The position numbers and the translations under genes are program-made. Shown here piece after piece: positions 39,622 to 51,770 of a DNA stretch of 64,000 nt. The stretch comes from Eledone cirrhosa. Lineage: Eukaryota. Where the stretch lies: contig OZ024749.1 in assembly GCA_964016885.1 (NCBI GenBank), positions 41,354,001-41,418,000 of the forward strand. Reading direction: 5' to 3'. The notes beneath the pieces are model-generated. The model made no database searches and was not told the DNA's origin. It saw only the letters and a program-made list of their open reading frames with translations. Positions within the stretch are counted from its first letter, which is position 1. Every line of letters starts with the position of its first letter.

Positions 39622-41362
39622 ACTTTCTTTTTATTTGCCACCAGGGCATCAAAAAGTGGGACAAGTACAATGGAGGGAGTTTACATAAAAAGGCGTCCTC
39701 AATAAGGAGGAGGCAATAACAAAATATAAAAATAAAATAAAATATAACAAAATAAATTTTATAACAAAATCCTCAATAAAGAGGAGGCGCCTTGGGGGTC
39801 GCACACACCCCCGAAAAAAAGTGTGCAACCCTTCTCCTCAGGAGCACAGAGAGGGGGTGCTCCCTTCATCTTTCATCTTCGTCACCTATAGTCTGATGTA
39901 GAGTGAAGGACAATTCACACGGGCCATTCTCGCCACTTTCACCCATCTTTCATAAAAACGGCTGGGGTGCAGCACCTCTCTCTCCATCCTGATCCTTCTT
40001 CCGAAATGATATCGGAAGAAACGGACCAGTTGTTGGCCAGAGAGAAAGGTGTCTGACCTCACTCCTTTCAGACGCGTCCACCATACAACCTCTTTCGCCA
40101 TGGCTATTACGCACAGAAACACTGCTTCTCCTTCGTTTTTGAAGAGGGGAGGCGGCTTGATCGTTACAATACACTCGGTGGTCAACCGGATCGGTCCCAC
40201 CCACTCGGTGGTCAACCGGATCGGTCCCACCCTTGACAGCAGTTGTTCGACATAGCCCCACAGATCGGCAGTGCCCGAGCAGTGTACCAATGCGTGTGCA
40301 ACGGTTTCCTCGTCGCACACGCATCTGGGACAGATCTTTTTCGAGGGGTCCCTACTCGGGCGCCCGTGTCTGTAGAGCCTTTCTCGAACGGGCAGAGCCC
40401 CTCGGTAGCACTGCCAGGCCAGGGACCTCTGGAAGTTATCCATGGGTCCCGGGCTGAATGTCCTACCGAACAGGTTGGCCAGTTCATCTTCCTCCATGCC
40501 TAGGGCTTCTCCGAGGGCGTCGTCGCACCTGCTAACCACCAGCCCTCTATAGAATGACGAGGTGGATTCTCCACTGACAGCCGGGTCCGCCTGCCAGAGA
40601 GCCGTGAGCGCCTGGGCACACTCGGTGTGCCAGGCGCCCAGTTTTCTCGGTCTTTGCTTGACCCAGGAATGCAGTTCGGCGAGTGAGACGAGTCTGGGAA
40701 AGGCTCGCCTCACAAACGGGGCCCACACCGGTTGACCGGTGAGGAATACCTGGAGGTGCCGTAGCCTTAATGCGTGTTTACGTATCATTAGCCACGGCAT
40801 TCCCAGCCCTCCTTTCGAAGGGTGTTGACAGCAGATGGATCTCCTCACCATAGGAGCCCGCTTCTGCCAAAGGAATTGGAAGAGTGCGCGCTCCATTTTG
40901 GCGAGCGTTTCCCTTGGGCAAGGCACAACGGTCAGGCGGTAGTAGATGATGGACGCTATATAAGTGTTCGCCACCTCCGCCCGACCTTTCAGGGACAGTT
41001 TGCACTCGGCCCACTTCTGGGTCAGTGCAAACACCCTGTTCGTTACCTCACCCCAGTTCTTCTCCACCTGGAGGTCTAGTCCGAACCAGACCCCGAGCAA
41101 CTTCACCGGGCCCTCCGTCCAGCGCCCGACGACGCCATCGGAGGGCATCGATCTGCCCCTCCACGTGCCGAGTTGCAGACCGATCGACTTGTCCCGGTTC
41201 AGCTTAGCCCCTGTAAACCTTTCGTACTCCTCCAGTAAGGTACCGATCGCCCCGATTTCCGAGGCCGTCGACACCATTACTGTTACGTCATCGGCGTAGG
41301 CCGACACCGCTTTCCGCAATCCCGGTTCCAACGGGATGCCCTGCAACAACTCCAACTTCCGC
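39622..41362 (-). mobile_element. 5'-truncated Tx1/L1-group LINE, young copy
   Basis: Open ORF2 C-terminus plus 3'UTR with AATAAA; candidate TSD agatatagata at 39611-21 and 41363-73. Confidence 0.92.
39886..41355 (-). CDS. LINE ORF2 fragment: RT C-half and zf-RVT-like CCHC finger
   Basis: AYADDV catalytic motif, GAKLNRDKS, LLGVWF, LSLKGR, KGGLG, CPRC..EETVAHALVHC; 30-nt in-frame duplication at 40172-40231. Confidence 0.9.
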   Translation of the reverse strand: MELLQGIPLEPGLRKAVSAYADDVTVMVSTASEIGAIGTLLEEYERFTGAKLNRDKSIGLQLGTWRGRSMPSDGVVGRWTEGPVKLLGVWFGLDLQVEKNWGEVTNRVFALTQKWAECKLSLKGRAEVANTYIASIIYYRLTVVPCPRETLAKMERALFQFLWQKRAPMVRRSICCQHPSKGGLGMPWLMIRKHALRLRHLQVFLTGQPVWAPFVRRAFPRLVSLAELHSWVKQRPRKLGAWHTECAQALTALWQADPAVSGESTSSFYRGLVVSRCDDALGEALGMEEDELANLFGRTFSPGPMDNFQRSLAWQCYRGALPVRERLYRHGRPSRDPSKKICPRCVCDEETVAHALVHCSGTADLWGYVEQLLSRVGPIRLTTEWVGPIRLTTECIVTIKPPPLFKNEGEAVFLCVIAMAKEVVWWTRLKGVRSDTFLSGQQLVRFFRYHFGRRIRMEREVLHPSRFYERWVKVARMARVNCPSLYIRL

Positions 41363-41660
41363 AGATATAGATAGATAGATAAATATACACGGGTGTGTAT
41401 GATTGTGTATAGAAGATTATATTAATAAAAGGAATTCCAACTTTGTCTGATTTACTCGTTTTATTTACAATCCTTTCAAATTTATAATGGTATTAGAATG
41501 AAATAGTATGGTAGAATATTAAATGCTAAGTGTTAATTGAACAAGTACTTTCATGCTTTCGCAATCTTCAGGTTCATAATGTGTGGTGACAGCAATTTTC
41601 AACTACAATATATATATACAATATATTAATAAATGGAAACTATATTTATAAAAACATAAT

Positions 41661-41726
41661 TATTTTATTATATATATTTCTAAGGCGACCAAGGTAAATT
41701 ATGGTGCGCTTTCATCAGATAAAATA
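41661..41726 (-). ncRNA. Type I hammerhead ribozyme (family H-A), left arm of an inverted pair
   Basis: Reverse complement of 41867-41932 with one change at the base of stem II. Confidence 0.7.
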
Positions 41727-41866
41727 CAGATTTGTTTTATAAATAAATATTGACATACTCGGAAAAAAGACAACCTCAACGGTTGAAATTCGCTGGATAG
41801 TGAATTTCAACCGTTGAGATTGTCTTTTTTCCGGTTATGTCAATATTTATTTATAAAACAAATCTG

Positions 41867-41932
41867 TATTTTATCTGATGAAAGCGCACCATAATTTACC
41901 TTGGTCGCCTTTGAAATATATATAATAAAATA
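41867..41932 (+). ncRNA. Type I hammerhead ribozyme (family H-A)
   Basis: TATTTTAT-CTGATGA-stem II (GCG/CGC, ACCA/TGGT)-GAAA-TATATA-TA-ATAAAATA. Inverted-repeat arms about 41614-41794 / 41799-41977. Confidence 0.8.
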
Positions 41933-42061
41933 ATTGTTTTTATAAATATAGTTTCCATTTATTAATATATTGTATATTTACTCCACTAACTTGTTGAGTG
42001 CTTTATATCAGTTATAAAAATGTTTAAGCTTGTTGAATCCCAACAAATTAAATATAACCTC

Positions 42062-42111
<50 letters not shown>

Positions 42112-42112
<1 letters not shown>

Positions 42113-42221
42113 AAATGATTTCTACATGACTAGAACTGTTTCATTCGTTTGAAATCCTCATATAGACACTCCTGATGATTTCATACGAATGAAACAGTTC
42201 TAGTTCTGTACAAATCATTTC
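42112..42221. ncRNA. Degenerate hammerhead in a short inverted repeat
   Basis: ACTC-CTGATGA(42172)-TTTC-ATAC-GAAT-GAAAC-AGTTCTA; an antisense arm at 42112-42160; stems I and III are disrupted. Confidence 0.55.
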
Positions 42222-42533
42222 TCTTTATAATAAAGATGCCTATACTGTACTAACGTATTGAGTACCTTTTTTAACTGTGGTTACCCCCTCCCACCGACAC
42301 AACTCCGGAACCTAGAACTATAGATGTGTGTGTGTGTGTGTGTGTGTGTGCATGTATGTATGTATGTATGTATGTATTACTCAGATGTCATAAATTTCAC
42401 GCAGGATGAAGGTCAAACATATTACTTCCTCTTTTCTAAATTACTTTTGAAATATATTTCTTGTTTTGTTTGTTGTAGTAGGTTTTTGTACGCCTTGCCC
42501 TCTGTTTATTGTCTGTATATATACACGTATGTA

Positions 42534-42564
<31 letters not shown>

Positions 42565-42586
42565 TATATATATATATATATATATC

Positions 42587-42661
<75 letters not shown>

Positions 42662-42770
42662 ATTATATATATATATTATATATATATATTATATATATAT
42701 ATTATATATATATATTATATATATATATTATATATATAAGAACAAAAGATGGTTAAAAGAGTTCCATGTA

Positions 42771-42837
42771 TTTTATTATGCGCATTTCAAAAACAAATAT
42801 CATCATGCAATAATATTTGTGTTTTCCTCAGATAAAA
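42771..42837 (-). ncRNA. Type I hammerhead ribozyme (family H-B, long stem II)
   Basis: Minus strand TTTTAT-CTGAGGA-AAACACAAATATTA/TGATATTTGTTTTT-GAAA-TGCGCA-TA-ATAAAA; palindromic stem III ATGCGCAT. Confidence 0.85.
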
Positions 42838-42932
42838 CAGGAAGACATGATATGAAGGTTAAAAAACACTTGTGGATAGTGCAGTTTTAAATCAACATTG
42901 CTTTATTGTACTACAATAAAACTCACCTCCTA

Positions 42933-42979
<47 letters not shown>

Positions 42980-43134
42980 GCACCAGAGTACTCTATACTT
43001 AAGATAGTAGAGTGGATAATAGGAAAAGAGTCAGGACCCCGACGGCTGACCTCCGGTCATTTCGACAGTTAGATCCCAACAGATCTAGCTGTCGAAACGG
43101 TCGGAGCTCAGCCGACGGGATCCTGACTCATTTC

Positions 43135-43176
<42 letters not shown>

Positions 43177-44007
43177 TGGAGGACTTGCCAGGTCGTAGTA
43201 CTTTATGGGTCAATGCAAAAATGTTGCTTTTCGTAGAAAATATCAGAAGTCCTAGGTAAAGAATCTAAAAAAATAAAAAAATAAGAAACAAAATGACAAC
43301 AAATACATACATATGTATGTATGTATGGTCACCAGTTGGTGCTACTGGTAACATGTATCCCAGTACAACCTGTCTCATGGTCAGGTCATTGGCGACTAAA
43401 CTGGCAACCCCACCAAGGTTTCTTGGTGAGGAGGGTGACTTTGGACATCCTGCAGGACTAAAAACAAAACCTGTCAAAGGGCAAAGGAGCTCTTAAGAGT
43501 CAATGGCCATCCAAAATCACCGGGAGAGATGACCCCTTAGCCTTTGTCAAGGCAGAATTCTAGGAGAAGGAAAACTCTGATATAACACCTGCAACCCTGA
43601 TGGTATCCAATGATGTTGACTTGTGCTTCTTTTTTGGTAAATATCATCTTGGTTAAGAGAGTGGGACTGGCTTTTGCAGTGCCTTTGCTCACTATAAAAG
43701 CTTTACGGCAAAGGCATTGCTTTATATCTGGAGATCTCTCTGCACTTGTCGTCACATGGTACCATGTGCCTGGCACTATGTGTTAATAATTGTCACAAGT
43801 GCAGTGTTTGTACCAGAGTTTTCAAGTCGCTGGCTGGACTAAAAAGTCACACTCGTTCAGCGCATCAATAGGGGTTCTCCTACATGGATATGAAGTAGTG
43901 GCCGTACTCGAAAATGAGTTGGCAGCCACCATGTATGTATGTATGGCCAATAAAGAAAATCTTTGATTTTTATCATCATCGTTATCATGATCGACATCAT
44001 TATTATT

Positions 44008-44195
44008 AGTGAATTGGCAGTATCGGTAGAGGGTTGGACGCCATGCTTTCTAGCATAGTTACGTACCTTTACAGTCTGAGTTCAAATCCCGCCGAGGTTA
44101 ACTTTGCCTTTCAGCCTTACGGGGTCGATAAAATAAAGTACCAGTAATGTACTGTGTAATTGCTGGCCTTGTGCCTAAAGTAGAAACAATTATTA
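44008..44195 (+). mobile_element. SINE family A (short subfamily)
   Basis: Close match to the copy at 15801. Confidence 0.88.
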
Positions 44196-44506
44196 TTAAT
44201 ATTGTTGTTGTTATCCAGAGTTACCTCGAAGCAAAAAGTAATTTTATTTTTAACGAGATTATTTTATTGAAAAATGTGTTGTTTTATTTTATTAATTTTT
44301 ATTATTGTTTGGGTTCATTTCACCAACAAAATGCTTCAGAATATTTGAACGCCCCCTTTCCCGTCCTCATTCATTACCTGAAGGGGGGGGGGGGATACCC
44401 CCAGAGGTTTGTTGACGAAATATTGGGATATTTACTTTTTCATACAGTATATATTTCTTCCAAAGGGCATTTCTAATATTTACTCACGTTACAAGATGGC
44501 TGATTC

Positions 44507-47100
44507 GGTGGTAGCAGGAAGAGGTTGAAGCTTTGCATTGGTGGTGGTGGTGGTGGAAGTGGTGGTAGCAGGAAGAGGTTGAAGCTTTGCATTGGTGGTG
44601 GTGGTGGAAGTGGTGGTAGCAGGAAGAGGTTGAAGCTTTGCATTGGTGGTGGTGGTGGAAGTGGTGGTAGCAGGAAGAGGTTGAAGCTTTGCATTGGTGG
44701 TGGTGGTGGAAGTGGTGGTAGCAGGAAGAGGTTGAAGCTTTGCATTGGTGGTGGTGGTGGAAGTGGTGGTAGCAGGAAGAGGTTGAAGCTTTGCATTGGT
44801 GGTGGTGGTGGAAGTGGTGGTAGCAGGAAGAGGTTGAAGCTTTGCATTGGTGGTGGTGGAAGTGGTGGTAGCAGGAAGAGGTTGAAGCTTTGCATTGGTG
44901 GTGGTGGTGGTGGAAGTTGTGGTAGCAGGAAGAGGTTGAAGCTTTGCATTGGTGGTGGTGGTGGTGGAAGTGGTGGTAGCAGGAAGAGGTTGAAGCTTTG
45001 CATTGGTGGTGGTGGAAGTGGTGGTAGCAGGAAGAGGTTGAAGCTTTGCATTGGTGGTGGTGGTGGTGGAAGTGGTGGTAGCAGGAAGAGGTTGAAGCTT
45101 TGCATTGGTGGTGGTGGTGGTGGAAGTGGTGGTAGCAGGAAGAGGTTGAAGCTTTGCATTGGTGGTGGTGGTGGTGGAAGTGGGGGTAGCAGGAAGAGGT
45201 TGAAGCTTTGCATTGGTGGTGGTGGTGGTGGAAGTGGTGGTAGCAGGAAGAGGTTGAAGCTTTGCATTGGTGGTGGTGGTGGTGGAAGTGGTGGTAGCAG
45301 GAAGAGGTTGAAGCTTTGCATTGGTGGTGGTGGTAGCAGGAAGAGGTTGAAGCTTTGCATTGGTGGTGGTGGTGGTGGAAGTGGTGGTAGCAGGAAGAGG
45401 TTGAAGCTTTGCATTGGTGGTGGTGGTGGAAGTGGGGGTAGCAGGAAGAGGTTGAAGCTTTGCATTGGTGGTGGTGGAAGTGGTGGTAGCAGGAAGAGGT
45501 TGAAGCTTTGCATTGGTGGTGGTGGTGGTGGTGGAAGTGGGGGTAGCAAAAAGAGGTTGAAGCTTTGCATTGGTGGTGGTGGTGGTAGCAGGAAGAGGTT
45601 GAAGCTTTGCATTGGTGGTGGTGGTGGTGGAAGTGGTGGTGGTGGAAGTGGGGGTAGCAGGAAGAGGTTGAAGCTTTGCATTGGTGGTGGTGGTGGAAGT
45701 GGTGGTAGCAGGAAGAGGTTGAAGCTTTGCATTGGTGGTGGTGGTGGTGGTGGTGGTGGAAGTGGTGGTAGCAGGAAGAGGTTGAAGCTTTGCATTGGTG
45801 GTGGTGGTGGAAGTGGTGGTAGCAGGAAGAGGTTGAAGCTTTGCATTGGTGGTGGTGGTGGTGGAAGTGGTGGTAGCAGGAAGAGGTTGAAGCTTTGCAT
45901 TGGTGGTGGTGGTGGTGGAAGTGGTGGTAGCAGGAAGAGGTTGAAGCTTTGCATTGGTGGTGGTGGTGGTGGAAGTGGTGGTAGCAGGAAGAGGTTGAAG
46001 CTTTGCATTGGTGGTGGTGGTGGTGGTGGTGGAAGTGGGGGTAGCAGGAAGAGGTTGAAGCTTTGCATTGGTGGTGGTGGTGGTGGTGGAAGTGGTGGTA
46101 GCAGGAAGAGGTTGAAGCTTTGCATTGGTGGTGGTGGTGGTGGTGGTGGTGGAAGTGGTGGTAGCAGGAAGAGGTTGAAGCTTTGCATTGGTGGTGGTGG
46201 TGGAAGTGGGGGTAGCAGGAAGAGGTTGAAGCTTTGCATTGGTGGTGGTGGTGGTGGAAGTGGTGGTAGCAGGAAGAGGTTGAAGCTTTGCATTGGTGGT
46301 GGTGGTGGTGGTGGAAGTGGGGGTAGCAGGAAGAGGTTGAAGCTTTGCATTGGTGGTGGTGGTGGTGGAAGTGGTGGTAGCAGGAAGAGGTTGAAGCTTT
46401 GCATTGGTGGTGGTGGTGGTGGAAGTGGTGGTAGCAGGAAGAGGTTGAAGCTTTGCATTGGTGGTGGTGGTGGTGGAAGTGGTGGTAGCAGGAAGAGGTT
46501 GAAGCTTTGCATTGGTGGTGGTGGTGGTGGAAGTGGTGGTAGCAGGAAGAGGTTGAAGCTTTGCATTGGTGGTGGTGGTGGTGGAAGTGGTGGTAGCAGG
46601 AAGAGGTTGAAGCTTTGCATTGGTGGTGGTGGTGGTGGAAGTGGTGGTAGCAGGAAGAGGTTGAAGCTTTGCATTGGTGGTGGTGGTGGTGGTGGTGGAA
46701 GTGGGGGTAGCAGGAAGAGGTTGAAGCTTTGCATTGGTGGTGGTGGTGGTGGTGGAAGTGGTGGTAGCAGGAAGAGGTTGAAGCTTTGCATTGGTGGTGG
46801 TGGTGGTGGTGGAAGTGGTGGTAGCAGGAAGAGGTTGAAGCTTTGCATTGGTGGTGGTGGTGGAAGTGGGGGTAGCAGGAAGAGGTTGAAGCTTTGCATT
46901 GGTGGTGGTGGTGGTGGAAGTGGTGGTAGCAGGAAGAGGTTGAAGCTTTGCATTGGTGGTGGTGGTGGTGGTGGAAGTGGGGGTAGCAGGAAGAGGTTGA
47001 AGCTTTGCATTGGTGGTGGTAGCAGGAAGAGGTTGAAGCTTTGCATTGGTGGTGGTGGTGGTGGAAGTGGTGGTAGCAGGAAGAGGTTGAAGCGTTGTAG
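44507..47100. repeat. Compound VNTR of about 50 units GGTAGCAGGAAGAGGTTGAAGCTTTGCATT(GGT)nGGAAGTGGT
   Basis: Near-identical units that differ by whole triplets, which keeps several frames open. Confidence 0.95.
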
Positions 47101-47759
47101 TTGTGGTGGTGGAAGTGGTTGAAACTTTGTAGTGGTGGTGGTAGTAGGAAGAGGTACCATTACCGCGATGGTGGTAGCAGCAGTAAGAGGTACTCATGCC
47201 ACAGTGGTGGTAGCGGCGGCGGTAGCTGTAAAAGGTACTAGCATCATTGCAGTGATGATACTGCTGCTGTTGTTGCTGCTGTTGATGATTGTAGTGATAC
47301 TCGTTATCATCTGACTGAGCTGGAGCAACTTGTGCTCAAGGACTCAACGTGCTAGCCGTTCTGGGAATCGAACCCACAACCATCTCATCCCAAACCCCCA
47401 TTACTTAAACATGGGTGGATCAACTTTAAATATCGGGGTTCACTGGCTGCAGCCCAATCAGCCTAAACCCCACCCAACCACCCAATCTGCCACTCACTCT
47501 AACCACTATGCTACTCGCCTTCACCTTTGCATAATGGAAAATATAAAAGTGATATTATGTATCATGATGACGATGATGATAGTGGTGGTGGTGGTGGTGG
47601 TGGTTGGTGGTGGTGGTGGTGGTGTTGTTGGTGTGGTTTGTGGAGGAGAATGTTGCTCTTTCCAGCAATTATCTCCAGTAACTTCCTATTACTTATAAAC
47701 AAGCCATTTACTGAGCACTGTGGCGACACCTACCAATTCCTTTCTGAATCCAAATTACA

Positions 47760-48215
47760 TTAACACCACCGCCACCCTCATTACCACCATCATCACCACA
47801 ACCACCACCATCATCACCACAACCACCACCACCACCACCACAAACACCACCAACACATCACCACCAACACCATCACCATCATCACCACAAACATCAGTCA
47901 CCACTACCACCCCCATCATCACCACCACCACCCCCATCACCATCACCCCCATCACCCCACCACCCCCACCACAACCACCACCAACATCACCACCACCACA
48001 ACCACTACCACCACCACTACAACCACCACCACCACCACAACCACTACCACCACGACCACTACCAACACCACCACCACCACAACCACAACCACTACCACCC
48101 CAACCATCACCCCCACCACCATCACCACAACCACTACCACCACTACCACCACCACTACAACCCACCACCACCACCACCACTACCACCACCACCATCACCA
48201 CCATCACCACCACTA
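47760..48215. repeat. Degenerate (ACC)n low-complexity tract
   Basis: Read directly from the sequence. Confidence 0.85.
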
Positions 48216-49615
48216 CAATTATGGGATAGAGAGATATGCATCCATAAGCTGAGCTCAATGAGAATCAACAGTTTAATCTTGATAAAATACAAAAACCCCC
48301 AAAAAAATCCTTATAAAACCCCATAAAAATCTATATCTGCCTTTTTTTTAGCTCAAAGATTAAGTTTGATAGCTGGAAGAGGGACAAGAGGATATAGGGT
48401 GGGCGGGAAGGGGAATATGGAGTGGGGTGGTAATAGGGGTGGGGGTGAGGGGCATATGGATAGTAATATGGAAGAGGGGGGGGGGGGGTAATAAGCGCTG
48501 GGGACATGAGTAGGGATATTGGGCTGGTTGTGATGGTAATAGGGACTGGGGGATATGGCTAGGAAGACGGGGGTGGGGATATGGCTAGGAAGACGGGGAT
48601 GGGGATATGGCTAGGAAGACGGGGGTGGGGAGATGGGTAGGAATATGGGGTGGTTGTAATAGGGGCTGGGGACATCGATATGGATATGGGTAGGAAGAGG
48701 GTGGGGTATTTTGGTAATGGTGTGTCGAGAGGGGGGTGGACAGGAAGAGGGGGGTGGTTGTTCTGGAAATTGGGTCTTGATTGAGAAAACCACGAAATCT
48801 AAACAGCAGCAACAACCATAGTTATTAATGTTGTATATAGGAGCAAAATATAGATTAGATGAGGTGGAGGGGGTTATATGATATATGATGAGGTTAAAAG
48901 TGTAGCCTACAGCGGATGTGATATCCGTGTGTGTGTGTGTGAGAGTGTGTGAGTGTGCGTTTGTTTGTATGTGTTGTTTAAACATACAGGCAGACAGACA
49001 GACAGACAAACAAACAAACACACATAGACATATAGACAGACACACTCAAACACATCCAGACAGGCACACAAACACATTCAGACACATACAGAGAGAGAGA
49101 GGGAGAGGGAGAGGGAGAGAGAGTGTGAGTGAGAGTGTGTGTGTGATAGAGAGGAAAGAGATATATGTAAAAATCGTCCCAGTGCAGGACTGGTAGCTTA
49201 TTTATCGACCACGAAGAGAGCTGAGGGGAGGAAAGTGTACGACAAAGCATTCTCTCCGACATTCTAACTACGTTGCCAAAGGTTGTATAGAGAAACATTA
49301 AAAACTAATTTTCTATAGATTTTCAAGAGAGATTGCTTCAGTGCATTAGAAAATAGGGTTAATAGTTTGTGTGAAGGAAATAGCTATTTGACTGTAGACC
49401 CCCTAAGGTTAAGAGAAATATTGAATATACTGACTGCAGACCCCCTAAGGGTTAGTGGGAATATTGAATGTACAATTTAACAGGGTTTCCCCTCCCCACC
49501 CTGCTGGGATACATGAAAAATAAATACAACCCACGTGAAGTTATTTAACACCACCGCAGCTCTGCATACTGCTGACATGGAAACTATCGATTACACTCTG
49601 TGTTGGAAAACTAAG

Positions 49616-49925
49616 GCCCACGGATCAAATCCAGCCCACGGATCAAATCCAGCCCACGGATCAAATCCAGCCCACGGATCAAATCCAGCCCACGGATCAA
49701 ATCCAGCCCACGGATCAAATCCAGCCCACGGATCAAATCCAGCCCACGGATCAAATCCAGCCCACGGATCAAATCCAGCCCACGGATCAAATCCAGCCCA
49801 CGGATCAAATCCAGCCCACAGATCAAATCCAGCCCACGGATCAAATCCAGCCCACGGATCAAATCCAGCCCACAGATCAAATCCAGCCCACGGATCAAAT
49901 CCAGCCCACAGATCAAATCCAGCCC
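49616..49925. repeat. 18-bp minisatellite GCCCACGGATCAAATCCA x17
   Basis: Read directly; three units carry a G>A variant. Confidence 0.95.
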
Positions 49926-50000
49926 GTGGACTTCAATGAATATTAATACAAAAAAAAAAAAAAGAGATCTTTTTACTTGGTAAAACAAAATTTGTCTAGA

Positions 50001-50259
50001 TGTGGGAGTTTAGCCTTCGACGTCCTGCACCACATGAAACCATCGTAAGACTTACTTGAAAAGTACAAAACAACATTATAATGTAACTTGTATTAAGCTA
50101 CAGTTTAGGTCTTATTTATTACACACACATGTACGCCAGGTACGAACACAGAGGGACCAAACTCCCACTGTCATCGCCTCCGTCTCTCTCGCACTTCCCA
50201 TCTCTCACTATTATGAGCAAATGGGGTCTCACGCGCTGGCCGCCCTGCGTGGGACCACA
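50001..50259 (-). mobile_element. Possible solo LTR nested in the hAT element
   Basis: TGTGG...CCACA termini, AATAAA on the minus strand, higher GC; no TSD found. Confidence 0.3.
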
Positions 50260-51182
50260 TTATGATTGCATGACAATTAAAAATTGAAGTCATTACATTA
50301 CTGTAAATTTTCACAACGATCTGACCACTGGTAAAGTTGCTATAAACATTTGATTTAACAAACCCGTTTTTAGATATTTTCTGCTAAATCATTACAGGGT
50401 GTTAAGAGATAATCTACACATTTTCACACCAATCTGATACTTTTGAGTGAAGATACTATAAACATTTTATTTAACAAACCCATTTTTTAAAGATATATTT
50501 TGCTAAATCGTTACAAGGTGTTAAAAGTGAAACAGTCAATATTTTCACTTTCCTTCAAGAATGGCACACAAAAAAACAAAAAAAAACTTTTATTTGATTG
50601 AAATTTTTTTATTTTATTCTTCATTAAAAACGTATATTGAAAATCACTTAAGAAACTAAAAAAAAAAAAAAAAGAGAAACCTTTTCCTTAGTTACACATG
50701 ATCAGGGTTTAGTTTTGGCTTTGGCCTTTAATACATAAAAACAATTTGTCTTGCCCCTATAAAAAGGTTTGTCGACCCTTGCATTATAAGGAGGAACAAG
50801 ACTGCTTCTGGGTCTTGGGGAGGTGGGATAGGTTTAGAGCTTCTTTCAGAAACAGGCCCTGATATTCTCCTCAACAGTGTGTGGTGTGTGTTAAAGTGCT
50901 AGAGAAGAATTTCTGGACTAAGAGGTATTTTAAAGTGTTGAAGAAAAGGGAATAGTGTGGGGTGGAATCAGAAAGAGAGAGAGAGGGGGAAGAAGAGTGA
51001 GTTAGAGAGTGTCAAAATTGTTATTGCTGGGAACGGTCTTTAAGTGAGTGTAAGATATTGTACCAACAAAGACCAGTTTGTATGAGAGAACACGACAGAA
51101 GTACTTAATGGATGTCTCGTGTGTTTACACAGGATGTATACGGTCGTCAGCCATACTGGGATGGTCTTTATCTAGCTTTCCT

Positions 51183-51213
<31 letters not shown>

Positions 51214-51468
51214 TATATATATGTGTGTGTGTGTGTGTGTGTGAGTGTATCTATCTATCTGTCTGTGTCTTGGAGATGTCGTTTCCTATCTCTCTCCCTC
51301 TTTCTCCATAAATGTGCTTCTCCCCCCCCCCCCCTTCTCTTCCTGGACAAATATAGATGTTGTCCTTGAACAAATCCCGGGCCACATCTGTCTTAAAAAT
51401 TATTTTAATTAATGTTAGGCCTAAATTACCATCTAAAGATTCTAAATATCTCTCTCTCTCCCTCTCCT

Positions 51469-51523
<55 letters not shown>

Positions 51524-51559
51524 CTTCCCTGCAATATGTATGCTTGTCTTGTGAATGGT

Positions 51560-51770
51560 AAATTGGCAGAATTGGTAGAGCGTTAGATAAAATGCCATTG
51601 CAGTATTTGTTCTGTCTCTTTACATTCTGAGTTCAAATCCCACCGAGGTCAAATTTTCCTTTCATCCTTCTGTGGTCGATAAAATAAAGTAGGGGTCAAG
51701 TACTTGGGTTGATTTAATTAACTTTGCACTTCCCTCAACATTTGCTGACCCTGTGCCTAAATTAGAAATC
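51560..51770 (+). mobile_element. SINE family A
   Basis: A and B boxes, central domain and tail. Confidence 0.8.

Larger units (their letters stand above)
49597..50781. mobile_element. Non-autonomous hAT (Charlie/MER58-like) element
   Basis: Left end ..GTTGGAAAACTAAGGCCCACGGATCAAATCCAGCCC and right end AAAAAGGTTTGTCGACCCTTG resemble Charlie-type termini; degenerate 8-bp flanks gattacac/cattataa. Confidence 0.55.

Noticed and set aside
44525-47122. + strand (RKRLKLCIGGGGGSGGS)n ORF; also a CRISPR-like repeat/spacer look
   Set aside because: No ATG or splice support, and the 'spacers' are only (GGT)n length variants.
47720-48258. Pro/Thr-rich and Gly/Val-rich ORFs
   Set aside because: Products of a degenerate (ACC)n tract, as at 35027-35485 and 53285-53618.
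49616-49925. CRISPR-like appearance and AHGSNP-repeat ORF
   Set aside because: Contiguous tandem units with no unique spacers, in a eukaryotic context; an 18-bp unit is open in frame by chance.
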